This document shows positions 20,495 through 30,896 of a DNA stretch of 64,000 nucleotides, in pieces. The position numbers and the translations under genes were made by a program. This stretch comes from Gemmatimonadales bacterium (GTDB lineage Bacteria; Gemmatimonadota; Gemmatimonadetes; Gemmatimonadales; GWC2-71-9), in the NCBI GenBank assembly GCA_965249575.1, contig OZ252244.1:2080001-2144000 (forward strand), in the 5' to 3' direction. Each line of letters starts with the position of its first letter. Position 1 is the first letter of the stretch. The notes below the pieces were generated by a model. It searched no databases. It saw nothing but the letters and a program-made list of their open reading frames with translations, and had not been told where the DNA came from.

Positions 20495-22465
20495 TTATCC
20501 CAAGCTGTCTCGGCGCCGTTGAGTTCCCTCGATGGCGGCCGGATTCTCGAGGGCTGACGTGTCGCCGAGCGGCTCGCCCAGGTAAGCCGCTCGGATCAAT
20601 CGGCGCATGACCTTCGCGTTCCGCGTCTTCGGAAGCGTCGGTACGAACAGAACTCGCTTGGGCTTGAGTGGCTTGCCAAGCTCTCGGGCAACCCGGGCGG
20701 CGACGTCAGATTCGAGTTGGGGTCCGACTTCGACTCCGGCGTTGAGCACGCAGAACGCGACCATTGCCGTTCCCTTGAGCTCATCCGGGACGCCGATGAC
20801 GGCGGCTTCCAGCACGGCATCATGCGCGACGAGAATCGATTCGACTTCCGCCGGTCCGACCCGCTTGCCGGCGATCTTGAGCGTGTCGTCACTGCGGCCG
20901 AGAATGTACCACTGGCCGTCGTCATCCACCCGAGCCCAGTCGCCGTGAACCCACGTGTCGGGCCACCGCGACCAGTAGGTGTCGAGATACCGCTCACGAT
21001 CCCTCCAGAATCCCCGGGCCATCCCGATCCAGGGCCCCCGAATCACGAGCTCCCCGACCGCGCCGCGAACCGATCGTCCCTGTTCGTCCGCCACGTCCGC
21101 TGCGATCCCCGGGCAGGGCGCAGGGAACGAGCCGGGCTTCATTGGAAGGAGGGGGTTGCCACCCAAGATCCCGCCGGAGATTTCAGTGCCCCCCGAGTAG
21201 TTGATGATCGGTATCCGGCTCCCACCAACGTTGTCGAAGAGCCACCACCAGGGTCCCGGGTTCCAGGGCTCTCCAGTCGAGCCGAGGATTCGAAGAGACG
21301 AGAGGTCGTGGGCGTGAACGGGCTCGACCCCGTGTTCCATGAGCCCGCGCACCAGGGTAGGCGAGATGCCGAGAACATTGACCTTGTGTTTGGAAACGAA
21401 GGACCAGAGCCGCCCGGGGTCCGGATAGTCCGGCGCCCCGTCGTACAACACGAGTGTGGCTCCGAGAATGAGAGATCCGTAGATCAACCAGGGGCCCATC
21501 ATCCAACCGAGATCGGTGATCCAGGTGATCCGATCACCGGGACCGACGTCGGTGCCGAAGGCCATGTCTTGAGCGCTCTTGATGGGGAATCCACAGTGCG
21601 AGTGAAGAATTCCCTTCGGCCTTCCTGTGGTTCCGGAGCTGTAAAGCACGAGGAGCGGGTCCTCGGCATCTGTGGCTTCCGCGCCCCCGTTCGCCTCCTC
21701 GCGACTGCCCGCCTCCATGAGGGTCTCCCAATCGATGTCGCGTCCAGTACTCATTGGCGTGTCGGCGCCCGAATAGCGCACGACGACCACCAACTGGACG
21801 TTCGGGCACCTGTCGAGTGCCTCATCCGCGGCGCTCTTGGCCTCGATCTCCTTCCCGCGGCGCGAGAACCCATCACAGGTCACGAGCGCTTTGGCTGCCA
21901 CGTCATTGAGCCGCGACTCGATGGCCGCCGGGCCGTAACCGGAAAACAGCGGGACCGCGATTGCGCCGATGCGCGCGACCGCCAGGAGCGCGATGACCGT
22001 TTCGGGCAGCATCGGCAGGTGAATTCCCACGGCGTCGCCTCTTCCGATACCGTAGGCTCGGAAGCCTGCAGCGCATTTTTCCACGGCCCGATGCAGCTCC
22101 CGATAGGTGAAGGATCTGACCGTGCCCGTCTCGCCTTCCCATACTAGAGCTGGGGCCTGACCGTTCGCCTCTGCTCTCTGGTCGACGCAGCGGCTGATAT
22201 TGAGCGCTCCGTCCACGCACCACTTGGCCCAGGGGAGACCGGCCGAGAGATCGACCACCGCGCTGTAGGGTCGGTCGAACGGAACGTCGAGAAAGGCGAG
22301 TACCCGCTCGGTGAACCAGGAGACGTCTGCAACGGATTTCCGGTACAGTTCCTCGAACGTGTGTATCTCGTTCGCGGTCATAAAGCGCGTGAGCTGGGCA
22401 CGCCGGCGGGCTTCCTCATCGGGTCGCCAGGCGATCGCGTCGTCGCGGGAGTTCGGTTCTGTCAT
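20495..22465 (-). CDS. Acetyl-CoA synthetase-like AMP-forming acyl-CoA ligase
   Basis: [32 protein letters not shown]. Confidence 0.92.
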   Translation of the reverse strand: MTEPNSRDDAIAWRPDEEARRRAQLTRFMTANEIHTFEELYRKSVADVSWFTERVLAFLDVPFDRPYSAVVDLSAGLPWAKWCVDGALNISRCVDQRAEANGQAPALVWEGETGTVRSFTYRELHRAVEKCAAGFRAYGIGRGDAVGIHLPMLPETVIALLAVARIGAIAVPLFSGYGPAAIESRLNDVAAKALVTCDGFSRRGKEIEAKSAADEALDRCPNVQLVVVVRYSGADTPMSTGRDIDWETLMEAGSREEANGGAEATDAEDPLLVLYSSGTTGRPKGILHSHCGFPIKSAQDMAFGTDVGPGDRITWITDLGWMMGPWLIYGSLILGATLVLYDGAPDYPDPGRLWSFVSKHKVNVLGISPTLVRGLMEHGVEPVHAHDLSSLRILGSTGEPWNPGPWWWLFDNVGGSRIPIINYSGGTEISGGILGGNPLLPMKPGSFPAPCPGIAADVADEQGRSVRGAVGELVIRGPWIGMARGFWRDRERYLDTYWSRWPDTWVHGDWARVDDDGQWYILGRSDDTLKIAGKRVGPAEVESILVAHDAVLEAAVIGVPDELKGTAMVAFCVLNAGVEVGPQLESDVAARVARELGKPLKPKRVLFVPTLPKTRNAKVMRRLIRAAYLGEPLGDTSALENPAAIEGTQRRRDSLG

Positions 22466-22600
22466 AGCCGGGGCACAAAACTACTCTATTCCCGCATTGG
22501 CCGAAACGCGAGAGGTTGCGCTGACGCGCCTGTTCGTGCGGGCGAGTCGAACGAGGTCTATCTTCCCGTTGAGCCGGTGGAATCCAGCGGAGGCGCTCAG

Positions 22601-23095
22601 ATGCCCGATGCTCTAAAGACTCCGACTACACTTGCCAAGCGAAACGCCCATCTCCTCGTTGGATCAGTGGTGTGTACGTTTCTGCTCCTGCGTTTCGCAC
22701 TCCACAGCTCTCCAAATTCCGACCTGACGCTCGGCGGGTACAGCGTTCACCATCTATTCACGGGTCTCGTCCTCATTGCCATCGGCGGCATCCCATTGGC
22801 CGTGTTTCGAGGGCACACCCGAAGGCTGGATGCCTCACTGGTGGTATTTGGCGCGGGTCTGGGCATGGCGCTCGATGAGTGGGTGTATCTGATTGCGACC
22901 GGGGGTAGCAACGCCGAGTACCTGCTTCCGGTATCGCTATGGGGAGGCATCACGGTTGTGGGATTGGCGTGCGTTTACACGTTGGGGTTGGTGGCGCTGC
23001 GCGGCCGTAGTGACGAGTCGCGCGGTACCGAGCCCAGAGGAGACGGACGTAGTGAGGGTGGGAGTGCACGGGGCGGACCGACAACCCTCGTCTGA
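22601..23095 (+). CDS. Hypothetical integral membrane protein
   Basis: About 4 TM segments with VHHLFTG and GxG.ALDE motifs. Confidence 0.65.
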   Translation: MPDALKTPTTLAKRNAHLLVGSVVCTFLLLRFALHSSPNSDLTLGGYSVHHLFTGLVLIAIGGIPLAVFRGHTRRLDASLVVFGAGLGMALDEWVYLIATGGSNAEYLLPVSLWGGITVVGLACVYTLGLVALRGRSDESRGTEPRGDGRSEGGSARGGPTTLV

Positions 23096-23835
23096 ATCGG
23101 CGGTCCGGGGGGGAACGCGCCGCTTCTTGACGGCGGAGTGGCGCGACCTGGCGATGCTGAGCTATCAGGTCGATCCCGGCATACTGGCTGACCGCGTTCC
23201 GCTGGGAACCATGTTGGATTCATTCGAGGGCCGCCACTTCGTGAGTGTAGTCGGATTCCGCTTCATCGACACCCGGGTCTTCGGAATACCGGTCCCCTTT
23301 CATCGCGACTTCGACGAGGTCAATCTGCGGTTCTACGTGCGGCGTGAAACCGGGGCCGGCGCTCGGCGGGGCGTGGTGTTCATCAAGGAGATCGTCCCGA
23401 GCGTCGCGATCGCCAACATTGCGCTGGGTCTATAACGAGAACTACGTCGCGATGCCGATGAGGAGTGAGATTCGGCGACCAACTCCCAAGGAGTCGCCGG
23501 TGGGCATCTTCGAGTACGGGTGGGGCTCGCCCGATCGGTGGCACCACATGAAGGTGCGGACCTCGGGGACGGACGCCTTGCCGCCCGCGGAATCGCTCGA
23601 GACGTTCTTTGCCGAGCACTACTGGGGGTATGGGGTGCGCCGGGATGGAAGCACTCTCGAGTACGTGGTAGAACACTCGCCGTGGCGGTTGTGGCGTGCG
23701 GCCGAGGCGAGTCTGCACTGTGCTGCGGGACAAGTCTACGGACACGAGTTCGATGCCGTTCGCCGCGGCCAGCCGGTGTCGGCCTTCGTAGCCTTGGGCT
23801 CCGCGGTGTCGTTGCGCCTGCCGGTCAAGCTGTGA
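23052..23835 (+). CDS. YqjF/DUF2071 family protein, frameshifted near 23422
   Basis: FLTAEWRDL, F.EVNLRFYVR, GVVFIKEIVP, then VYNENY..PM and EHYWGY in the next frame. Start uncertain. Confidence 0.85.
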
Positions 23836-23921
23836 GAGGAGTGGGCCTGGCGCGACGGGTCCTCGCGAGGGAATTTGTGATCGTGCTCCGACTGTATCCT
23901 ACGACTCACGCGAGATCTTCG

Positions 23922-24389
23922 ATGAGATCCTCACTCGCGGCGCTAACGCTGCTCATCGGCTTGGCGCCGCTTGGCACTTGTGCGCGGACCCAGATGCCAA
24001 ACGCCGTGCGGCGATCGATTCCAGACCAAGCCAACGCCGTTAGGCTGCGCTCCGAATTGTCGCCCGCGAGCCTGTACCAGGCGGTTCAAAGCGTGCTCGT
24101 GGAAAACGGTTTCCTGTTTGCCGAAGCGAACGATTCAGCCATGACGCTGGTCACCCGACCAACGAGGGTCGGCAAGATCGTACCGGAGCTACGCGTGCGA
24201 CTGCACGTCCGTCCTCGTCGAAGCGAGAGCGAGCTGACGGCGACCGGGGAGTTCCTATTCCAAGGAGCGGTGTGGCGCCCACTCGCGTTCGGCGAAGGCA
24301 ACGCCGACGCCAGCGCGGGATATGAAGAACTGGTGTTGCTGATCGGCCAGGTCCCCCATGTCGAGATCCGATACGAGGCTGTGGAATAG
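23922..24389 (+). CDS. Hypothetical exported protein
   Basis: ATG with signal-peptide-like N-terminus; no recognised motif. Confidence 0.55.
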   Translation: MRSSLAALTLLIGLAPLGTCARTQMPNAVRRSIPDQANAVRLRSELSPASLYQAVQSVLVENGFLFAEANDSAMTLVTRPTRVGKIVPELRVRLHVRPRRSESELTATGEFLFQGAVWRPLAFGEGNADASAGYEELVLLIGQVPHVEIRYEAVE

Positions 24390-24515
24390 GCGATCCACAC
24401 GAGGATGGGCTCTCGACCAACGTGCCAACACTGCCAAAACCAGTGCGGGGCCGCGATATTCTCTTCGGGATGACCGCGAGCTCCAGATAGTTCTTGTACT
24501 GCCGGAGACACATCG

Positions 24516-25445
24516 ATGGGATTGATGCGCACAGCGCTGTTGGTTGGCGCGCGGAGCAAGTGGCTCGACGAACAATTCAGGCGCCGCGGTTTCGCGAGGA
24601 AGGCGGTTGCCCGCTTCATGCCGGGCGAAGACGTAGAAGATGCCCTGCGTGCCGCGGAAGACTGCCGCGCGAGTGGCCGGTCGGCCATTCTGACGCAGCT
24701 TGGGGAGAACGTGGTCGATCGTGGGGCCGCCACGGGGGTCATCGATCACTATCTCGATGTGCTCGACCGGGTAAAGACGCGCGGGCTCGGCGCGCACGTC
24801 TCGGTCAAACTGACGCAACTCGGCCTCGATCTGGACCAAGATCTCGCGCTCGGCGGCCTGCTGAAACTGGTCCGCCGAGCGTCGGAGGTGGACAACTTCA
24901 TCTGGATCGACATGGAGGATTCGAGCTACGTCGATCGTACGCTCGCTATTTTCAGGCGGGCCCGCGAACGCTTTTCCAATGTGGGCGTTTGCCTACAGTC
25001 CTACCTGTTCCGCACCCCTAACGATTTGGAATCGTTGGTCCCAATGGCTGCGGCGCTCAGATTGGTAAAGGGAGCCTACAATGAATCGCACCAGGTGGCG
25101 TACCCGCGAAAGGTCGATGTCGATGCTCAGTTTCTGAGCCTGGCAATGCGGCTTCTCCGGACCGACGCCCGGTCAGAGAAGCCGCTTCTGGGGTTCGGGA
25201 CTCACGACCCGCGGCTGATCGAGCTCGTTCGCCAGCACGCCCAGTCCGTCGAGGTACCATCGGATGCCTTCGAGATTCAGATGCTCTACGGCATCGCCCG
25301 GGCGGAGCAGGAACGCCTCACCGCAGCCGGGCTCAGGGTCCGGATTCTGATCAGCTACGGCGCCGCATGGTTTCCATGGTACATGCGCAGACTCGCCGAG
25401 CGTCCGGCGAACGTTCTGTTCGCATTGCGCAGCGCGTTTGCCTAA
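24516..25445 (+). CDS. Monofunctional proline dehydrogenase
   Basis: LGE, SVKLTQLG, IDMED, RLVKGAY, THD, QMLYG, YMRRLAERPAN. Confidence 0.95.
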   Translation: MGLMRTALLVGARSKWLDEQFRRRGFARKAVARFMPGEDVEDALRAAEDCRASGRSAILTQLGENVVDRGAATGVIDHYLDVLDRVKTRGLGAHVSVKLTQLGLDLDQDLALGGLLKLVRRASEVDNFIWIDMEDSSYVDRTLAIFRRARERFSNVGVCLQSYLFRTPNDLESLVPMAAALRLVKGAYNESHQVAYPRKVDVDAQFLSLAMRLLRTDARSEKPLLGFGTHDPRLIELVRQHAQSVEVPSDAFEIQMLYGIARAEQERLTAAGLRVRILISYGAAWFPWYMRRLAERPANVLFALRSAFA

Positions 25446-25466
25446 ACCACGAGGGGGACATCGTTC

Positions 25467-27104
25467 ATGAAAAAGGCCCCGTCCGTCAGGAACACGACAC
25501 TGCTCCTGGGATTGCTCGCCCTGGCAGTCGGGCGGCCTCAGCCCGTCGTCGCGCAGCGGGGTGTGGGACCACGGTTTGACGTTTCTGTGCCTCCCTCCCT
25601 GCTATCGGGGCCGGTGACGGGCAGGGTGTACGTCATGATCTCGCGAACCGCGGAAAGGGAGCCCCGCCTCCAGATCGGACGTACCGGCGTCCCGTTCTTT
25701 GGACGCGACGTGGAGCAGCTTGGGATCGGCGGCGTCGCGGTTCTGGACGATACAGATCTCGGGAGCCCGGTCTCGAACTTGCGGGACATCCCGCCCGGTG
25801 ATTACTACGTCCAGGGATTCGTGAACATCTATTCCGAGTTCCGGCGCGCCGATGGGTACGTCGTCTGGATGCACGACGATCGGTGGGAGGGACAGCACTG
25901 GAACGTCTCGACGGGGAACCTCTACAGTGACGTGCGGCGGGTCCGCCTCGACGCGGGCGAGGGCTACCAAATTGCGTTGAGCGCGGATAAGGTGATCCCA
26001 CCCATCGACGTGCCGACCGACAACGAATGGGTGAAGCGTATCAAGTTCGAAAGCCCCACGTTGACCAAATTCTGGGGTCGGCCGATCTTTCTCGGAGCGA
26101 CCGTGCTGCTTCCGAAGGATCACGCCAACACAACGATTCGCTACCCCGTCAACTACATCCAGGGACACTTCTCGATCCGTCCCCCGTACCGATTCGAAGA
26201 GGGGAGCGAGTTCCATCGGGAATGGGCGGGAGATGGCTTCCCCCGGATCGTTGCGGTCACGTTCCAGCATCCCAACCCGTATTTCGACGACTCATATGCG
26301 GTGAACTCTGTGAACGTCGGGCCCTACGGCGACGCCTTCATGCAGGAGCTCATCCCCGAGGTCGAGAGCAGATTCCGCATCATCCAGGAGCCATGGGCAC
26401 GCTACCTGTCGGGCGGATCGACCGGGGGATGGGAGGCTCTGGCATTGCAGATCTTCCATCCCGATTTCTTTGGCGGGACGTGGGCGTACTGCCCGGATCC
26501 CGTGACCTTCATCGACGTAGAGGGCGTCAACTTCTACGAGGACGTGAACGCCTTCTACAAACAGCACGCATGGCGGCGTGTCCCGACGCCCAACACTAGG
26601 GAAACCGATGGTAGGATTCGCCTCACGTCTCAGCAGCGGAATCACTTCGAGCTGGTGAGTGGCACCAAGGGCCGCTCCGGGCAGCAGATCGATATCTGGT
26701 CGGCCGTGTGGGGACCACTCGGGGACGATGGGTACTTCAAACCGGCCTTCAACAAGCTCACCGGCGAGATCTACCCTGATGTTGTCCAGTATTGGCGTGA
26801 GAACTACGATCTCCTCTACTACTTGCAACAGAATTGGGCCACCGTGGGCCCGAAGTTGGTGGACAAGGTCCACGTCTATACCGGTGACATGGACAACTTC
26901 TATCTCAACAATGCCGTGAAGGAGATGGAGTCGTGGATGAAGACGACCACCAACCCGCACTATCCCGGGTTCTTCATGTACGGTGATGGAAAGGGGCACT
27001 GCTACAGCGGTCCGGTGAGTGCCGCGGAGCGATTGAAGGAGATGGCTCAGTTCGGGTTGAGAAAGAGACCGGAGGGCACGACGACGCCATGGTGGCAATA
27101 TTAG
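25467..27104 (+). CDS. Secreted alpha/beta-hydrolase (putative esterase)
   Basis: Signal peptide; GGSTGG; YFDDSYAVNS.NVGPYGD; paralog of 5336..7075. Confidence 0.8.
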   Translation: MKKAPSVRNTTLLLGLLALAVGRPQPVVAQRGVGPRFDVSVPPSLLSGPVTGRVYVMISRTAEREPRLQIGRTGVPFFGRDVEQLGIGGVAVLDDTDLGSPVSNLRDIPPGDYYVQGFVNIYSEFRRADGYVVWMHDDRWEGQHWNVSTGNLYSDVRRVRLDAGEGYQIALSADKVIPPIDVPTDNEWVKRIKFESPTLTKFWGRPIFLGATVLLPKDHANTTIRYPVNYIQGHFSIRPPYRFEEGSEFHREWAGDGFPRIVAVTFQHPNPYFDDSYAVNSVNVGPYGDAFMQELIPEVESRFRIIQEPWARYLSGGSTGGWEALALQIFHPDFFGGTWAYCPDPVTFIDVEGVNFYEDVNAFYKQHAWRRVPTPNTRETDGRIRLTSQQRNHFELVSGTKGRSGQQIDIWSAVWGPLGDDGYFKPAFNKLTGEIYPDVVQYWRENYDLLYYLQQNWATVGPKLVDKVHVYTGDMDNFYLNNAVKEMESWMKTTTNPHYPGFFMYGDGKGHCYSGPVSAAERLKEMAQFGLRKRPEGTTTPWWQY

Positions 27105-27127
27105 GGATTAGTTAGAGACCTCTTCAC

Positions 27128-27886
27128 CTAGCCACGGTCTCTACGAGCCTCGACCAAGAAACTGTCGACGGCCTTTCGGTGCTCATCGTACTCGGGCCGT
27201 CCCGCGTCTCTCTCCCTCGTATGACGATCAAGGAACTCGCGCCGTATTTCACGAAGCGACGCCGAGTCGCCCCGCGCCTGAGCCGCGCTCGCTCGAAGGA
27301 GGCTGGCGAACAGGTGATCCGGGACGTCCTGCTCCAGGGAATCGGCTTGGGCGAGCGCCGCAGCGAACTGTCCACCCACCGCGTTGATCAGCCCGACGTG
27401 ATATCGAGCGTCCGGATCGAGCCCGTCCAACAGCGCATATGCCTGGAGAGCCATCGGGACGAAGAACGTGACCTCGCTGGCGTCCCCCCGCTCGTGCGCG
27501 GTCATGATGCGGTTGAACAATCGGTCGGCACGCTCGCGGGGCGTCATGTTGCTGATGTCGGTCGTCGCGACCGACGGCACCCCTCCAGCGGGTGGAGTCA
27601 CGGGAACGCCTGCCGGCGCCTGGGAACGGAACGTTCCTGTGGCCACCAGTATCAGCGCAACGATAGCGACCCCCGCGACAGCCCAGGGTATCGCCGCGGC
27701 GACCCGCCTGGCTTGGCCTGTGAGTTGCGCACCGCACGCGTGGCAGAAACGGCTTGCTTGAGGTAGGTCGGTTCCGCATGACGGACAGCGGGTCTCACCG
27801 AGCGGTGTACCACAATTACTGCAGAAATTGCCGTCGGTTGGCTCGCGGCATTTCGGACAGGGTTGGCCTGGATTTTCCAAGATCAC
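27128..27886 (-). CDS. Double zinc-ribbon membrane protein with helical/TPR-like C-terminus
   Basis: CPKC, CSNC, CPSC, CHAC; one TM; Pro-rich linker; RBS AGGAGG. Confidence 0.8.
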   Translation of the reverse strand: MILENPGQPCPKCREPTDGNFCSNCGTPLGETRCPSCGTDLPQASRFCHACGAQLTGQARRVAAAIPWAVAGVAIVALILVATGTFRSQAPAGVPVTPPAGGVPSVATTDISNMTPRERADRLFNRIMTAHERGDASEVTFFVPMALQAYALLDGLDPDARYHVGLINAVGGQFAAALAQADSLEQDVPDHLFASLLRASAAQARGDSASLREIRREFLDRHTRERDAGRPEYDEHRKAVDSFLVEARRDRG

Positions 27887-28138
27887 CTCCTATGGCGGCG
27901 CACTATTGCGAGTTCCGCTCATGTGCCGGTCGCCGATCATCCCCTCCGCTCTCCCCACGTCTCGAGCGAGAGGGACGATACCGTGTGCCCGAAATGAAGC
28001 AAGCCCATCGTGGCGTTCTGTAGCGGCCTGAATGACTGTGCGGGCCGCGCATTTTTGGAGCGCTCGAAATGGCTGGTGCATCTTTGCGGCCGCGCCTTTC
28101 CGCATTCTTGGCAATGCCCTGTCACAGCTACAGAGTAG

Positions 28139-28324
28139 GCCCTGCGCAGCGGCGGATACGAGTCGTGCGTCTCGTGCCATGCTGAGCGCGACTGCCTGCT
28201 GTGTCATTCGGCTGTCGGCAGCCGGCGATTCAACCCTCATGGGCCCGGGTTCGATGCCGAACGACTGCGCGAGCGGAACCCCAACTCGTGCGTTGCGTGC
28301 CACGGCGCGAACATCCCGCGATAA
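28139..28324 (+). pseudogene. Startless C-terminal fragment of a multiheme cytochrome c (3 CxxCH)
   Basis: Manual translation: ALRSGGYESCVSCHAERDCLLCHSAVGSRRFNPHGPGFDAERLRERNPNSCVACHGANIPR*. Preceded by in-frame TAG at 28136-28138; no start codon. Confidence 0.8.
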
Positions 28325-28578
28325 TCGGATATCCCGCCGAGGCCGGCTCGAGCGGTTGCAGTGGCTTGTCAGCCCGTGGGTGAGTGGTGTAACTTCATAT
28401 ATGACAGTGGGATAAAGCCAATTGTCAGTCAACGCCTTTTTCACGGTGGCTTAATATGGGTAGGGTTATAATCCCACTGGGAAGGAACGTATCGCCACAA
28501 CCTTGTGATATCGGGAAAAACCGTAGATTTACAGGTGCGAATGCGCAAGCCCAGCCATCCACTGGGAGGCAGACGTTG

Positions 28579-29859
28579 ATGAGACAGAGTTTGAACGATA
28601 GAAACGAGGGAGGCGGCGGGCGGCTCGCCAGCTGGCGAATGCTCGGGTCGTTCCTCGCGGCGGCGTTCCTCACGGCCGGAGCGGCGCAACCGGTCAGCGC
28701 AGGCACCGGCGGCGCGGTATGTACGTGTAGCGGTATCGGCACCCCCGTCCGTCATGCGCGATCGGCGCAGCCGATTAGGCTGTCGGGCGTGAGCGCCGTC
28801 CGCGCGCCAGTCGCCGCCAAGGTGTACGTGGCCGACGAGGTGAGCGGCACCGTATCGGTCATCGATGTGGCCACGAACGAAAAGATCGCCTCGATCAACG
28901 TCAACGTCCGGTATCCGGACGTGATCGTCCCGTTCGCGCCCCGCAGCGTGTATGCGGCTCCTGACGGGCGTACGGTGTGGGTCAGCGCGCCCCAGCCGCT
29001 GTCCGGTTGTTCGGCTGAGGAAATGGAAGGGTGTGGCTTCGAGCCGCTCCCGGCGGAATACGCGATTGACGAGGTCGTCGTTATCGACCCGACCGTCGAT
29101 TCGATCGTAGCACGCATCCAGGTAAAGCCGCTGGTCAAAGGGGACATGGTTCACCTCGCTCATATCGTGGTCGATGACGAGTCCCGGTTCGCCTACGTGG
29201 CGGCCACACAGGCTTCCCAGATCGTCCGGATCGATGTGAACACCTTCGAGATCGTCGGGCGGGTCGATCTCGGGTTCGGGAAGGAACCCGACGGGATGCG
29301 GCTGTGCGGTGAGAACCTCGTTGTGGCTAACGGGTTCGGCGGGCGGAGTATGTCGATCGTGAGCACGAAGACCGGCAAGGTGGAGGAGATCCCACTGGAC
29401 GGGGTTGCCCAGCAGACGGCATGTACCACAGACAACGGCTACGCCTTCGTCTCGCTATACGATACGCGCGAGGTGGTCCGTTTCAATTTCGAAACTGGTG
29501 CGCTCGCTCGTATCGCGCTGCCGGAGAGTGCAAAGGGACCGGTGCAAATTCACGTCACCCCGGATGACAAATTGCTGTACGTGTGCGACCAGGGCACGTT
29601 GTTCGGCCGCATGCCCTCCGACAAGTTGTTCGAGATCGACATCGAGAAGGCTGCGGTGAGCGGCGAATTCGACGTCGGCTGGGGGCCGAACGGTATCGAG
29701 ATCAGCGACGACGGATCGACCGCGTACATCACGAATCTGCTAGATGCCAGCGTCACGGTGTTCGACCTCGCCAAGCGCCGCATCATTGAGCAAGGAGTGA
29801 AGGTGGGCACGGCGCCCAAGGGGATCAGCTATTGGAGGGGTGCCGACCTCACCCAGTAG
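28579..29859 (+). CDS. YncE/YVTN-type beta-propeller exported protein
   Basis: RBS GGAGG; VYVADEVSGTVSVID, AYITN..DASVTVFD, VGTAPKGI repeats. Confidence 0.85.
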   Translation: MRQSLNDRNEGGGGRLASWRMLGSFLAAAFLTAGAAQPVSAGTGGAVCTCSGIGTPVRHARSAQPIRLSGVSAVRAPVAAKVYVADEVSGTVSVIDVATNEKIASINVNVRYPDVIVPFAPRSVYAAPDGRTVWVSAPQPLSGCSAEEMEGCGFEPLPAEYAIDEVVVIDPTVDSIVARIQVKPLVKGDMVHLAHIVVDDESRFAYVAATQASQIVRIDVNTFEIVGRVDLGFGKEPDGMRLCGENLVVANGFGGRSMSIVSTKTGKVEEIPLDGVAQQTACTTDNGYAFVSLYDTREVVRFNFETGALARIALPESAKGPVQIHVTPDDKLLYVCDQGTLFGRMPSDKLFEIDIEKAAVSGEFDVGWGPNGIEISDDGSTAYITNLLDASVTVFDLAKRRIIEQGVKVGTAPKGISYWRGADLTQ

Positions 29860-29907
29860 CGGTGGGACGCGCTCCTGGTCTCGCGGAACCGTTGCGTACA
29901 ACTAAGG

Positions 29908-29936
29908 AAGGGGGGGCACTCTCCCCCCCTTTTTTT
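29908..29936 (+). terminator. Rho-independent terminator after YVTN gene
   Basis: aaGGGGGGG-cactct-CCCCCCC followed by a T run. Confidence 0.85.
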
Positions 29937-29998
29937 GCGCGGTAGCGCCAAGAAGGGGAGCCTAGAACTGGGCCGGGGTATTTGACCCCCCTCTTCAT

Positions 29999-30052
29999 TG
30001 AAATTTCACGTACTATGCTTTCCTTTTATAGGCGACAACGTATAGGCGACAA
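29999..30052 (+). promoter_or_regulatory. Putative operator region of the redox operon: palindrome TGAAATTTCA and tandem direct repeat TATAGGCGACAA
   Basis: Perfect 10-bp palindrome at 29999-30008; 12-bp repeat at 30027-30038 and 30041-30052, in an AT-rich patch. Confidence 0.5.
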
Positions 30053-30181
30053 TGAATAGCCGAACTTCGGCTGCCGCTGGGGGTTCTATCGGTGCCGGCG
30101 GGCGGCCCGGTGCGGCGCCGTGTGGTAGGTGGAATGCCCAGAACCGATCAGCGAACTGGCCCGTGAGAGAGGGGATGGCCG

Positions 30182-30883
30182 ATGAAGCGCAGAGCGAGGT
30201 CCCGTGACGGGCGGTGGCTCACCAGATCTCTCGCGCAACGTTGGTATGTTGCCGGAATGCTGCTGCTCTACCCGATTCACGCCGCGGCGCTCCACGGTCA
30301 GCAGCGAGATTCCATGATGGGGGACATGGGCGATTCGGCTATGGCGGGCATGGAGGGGATGGGCGGTGGAATGATCATGAGGGAAGCGACGGCTGAGACG
30401 CCGATCGACCAGATACACGCCACTCCCCCTAAAGACATGACGTTCGGGTGGAAGGTAATCCGGCTCCCTGAACTGGAGAATCCCCTCCGCTCCGGGGGCT
30501 CGATGGCCGATCATCTCGAAGTAGGGAAGCGGGTCTTTTATCAGAATTGCATCCCCTGCCACGGTCCTCGGCTCTACGGGGAAGGGCATTTCGCCCAAGG
30601 TCTAACCGTACCGCCCCGCCGTTTGAACGACCCCATGTTCCTGCCAATGCATCCGGAGTCGTACGTGTTCTGGCGGATCGCCAAGGGCGCACCCGCCCTT
30701 CCCGGACTCGCGCAGCCCGAGAACTCGGCTATGCCGGTGTTCGAGAACATCCTCACAGAAGATGAAATCTGGTCCGTCGTGCTGTTCCTGTACGAACAAC
30801 AGGGCTTTACGCCCGGATCGTGGATGTGGACCGAAGAGCAGATGGCTCGGGGCGGCGCGCATATCCACATCATGCAGGACTGA
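30182..30883 (+). CDS. Monoheme cytochrome c with Met-rich N-terminal region
   Basis: CIPCH; distal SAMP; MMGDMGDSAMAGMEGMGGGMIM segment; paralog of 37050..37835. Confidence 0.88.
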   Translation: MKRRARSRDGRWLTRSLAQRWYVAGMLLLYPIHAAALHGQQRDSMMGDMGDSAMAGMEGMGGGMIMREATAETPIDQIHATPPKDMTFGWKVIRLPELENPLRSGGSMADHLEVGKRVFYQNCIPCHGPRLYGEGHFAQGLTVPPRRLNDPMFLPMHPESYVFWRIAKGAPALPGLAQPENSAMPVFENILTEDEIWSVVLFLYEQQGFTPGSWMWTEEQMARGGAHIHIMQD

Positions 30884-30896
30884 TCGGAGGTTGAGC

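Noticed and set aside
27890..28444. Track ORFs 27890..28444 (-) and 28032..28415 (+)
   Set aside because: No motifs; they are shadows of the CxxCH remnant in another frame and of promoter DNA.
28440..28570. Cobalamin riboswitch suggested by CCACTG-GGAAGG
   Set aside because: The other B12-element features (AGGGAA..GGTG.AA.TCC, CCCGC.ACTGT, AGCCAG.AGACC) were not found; an Infernal scan would be needed.
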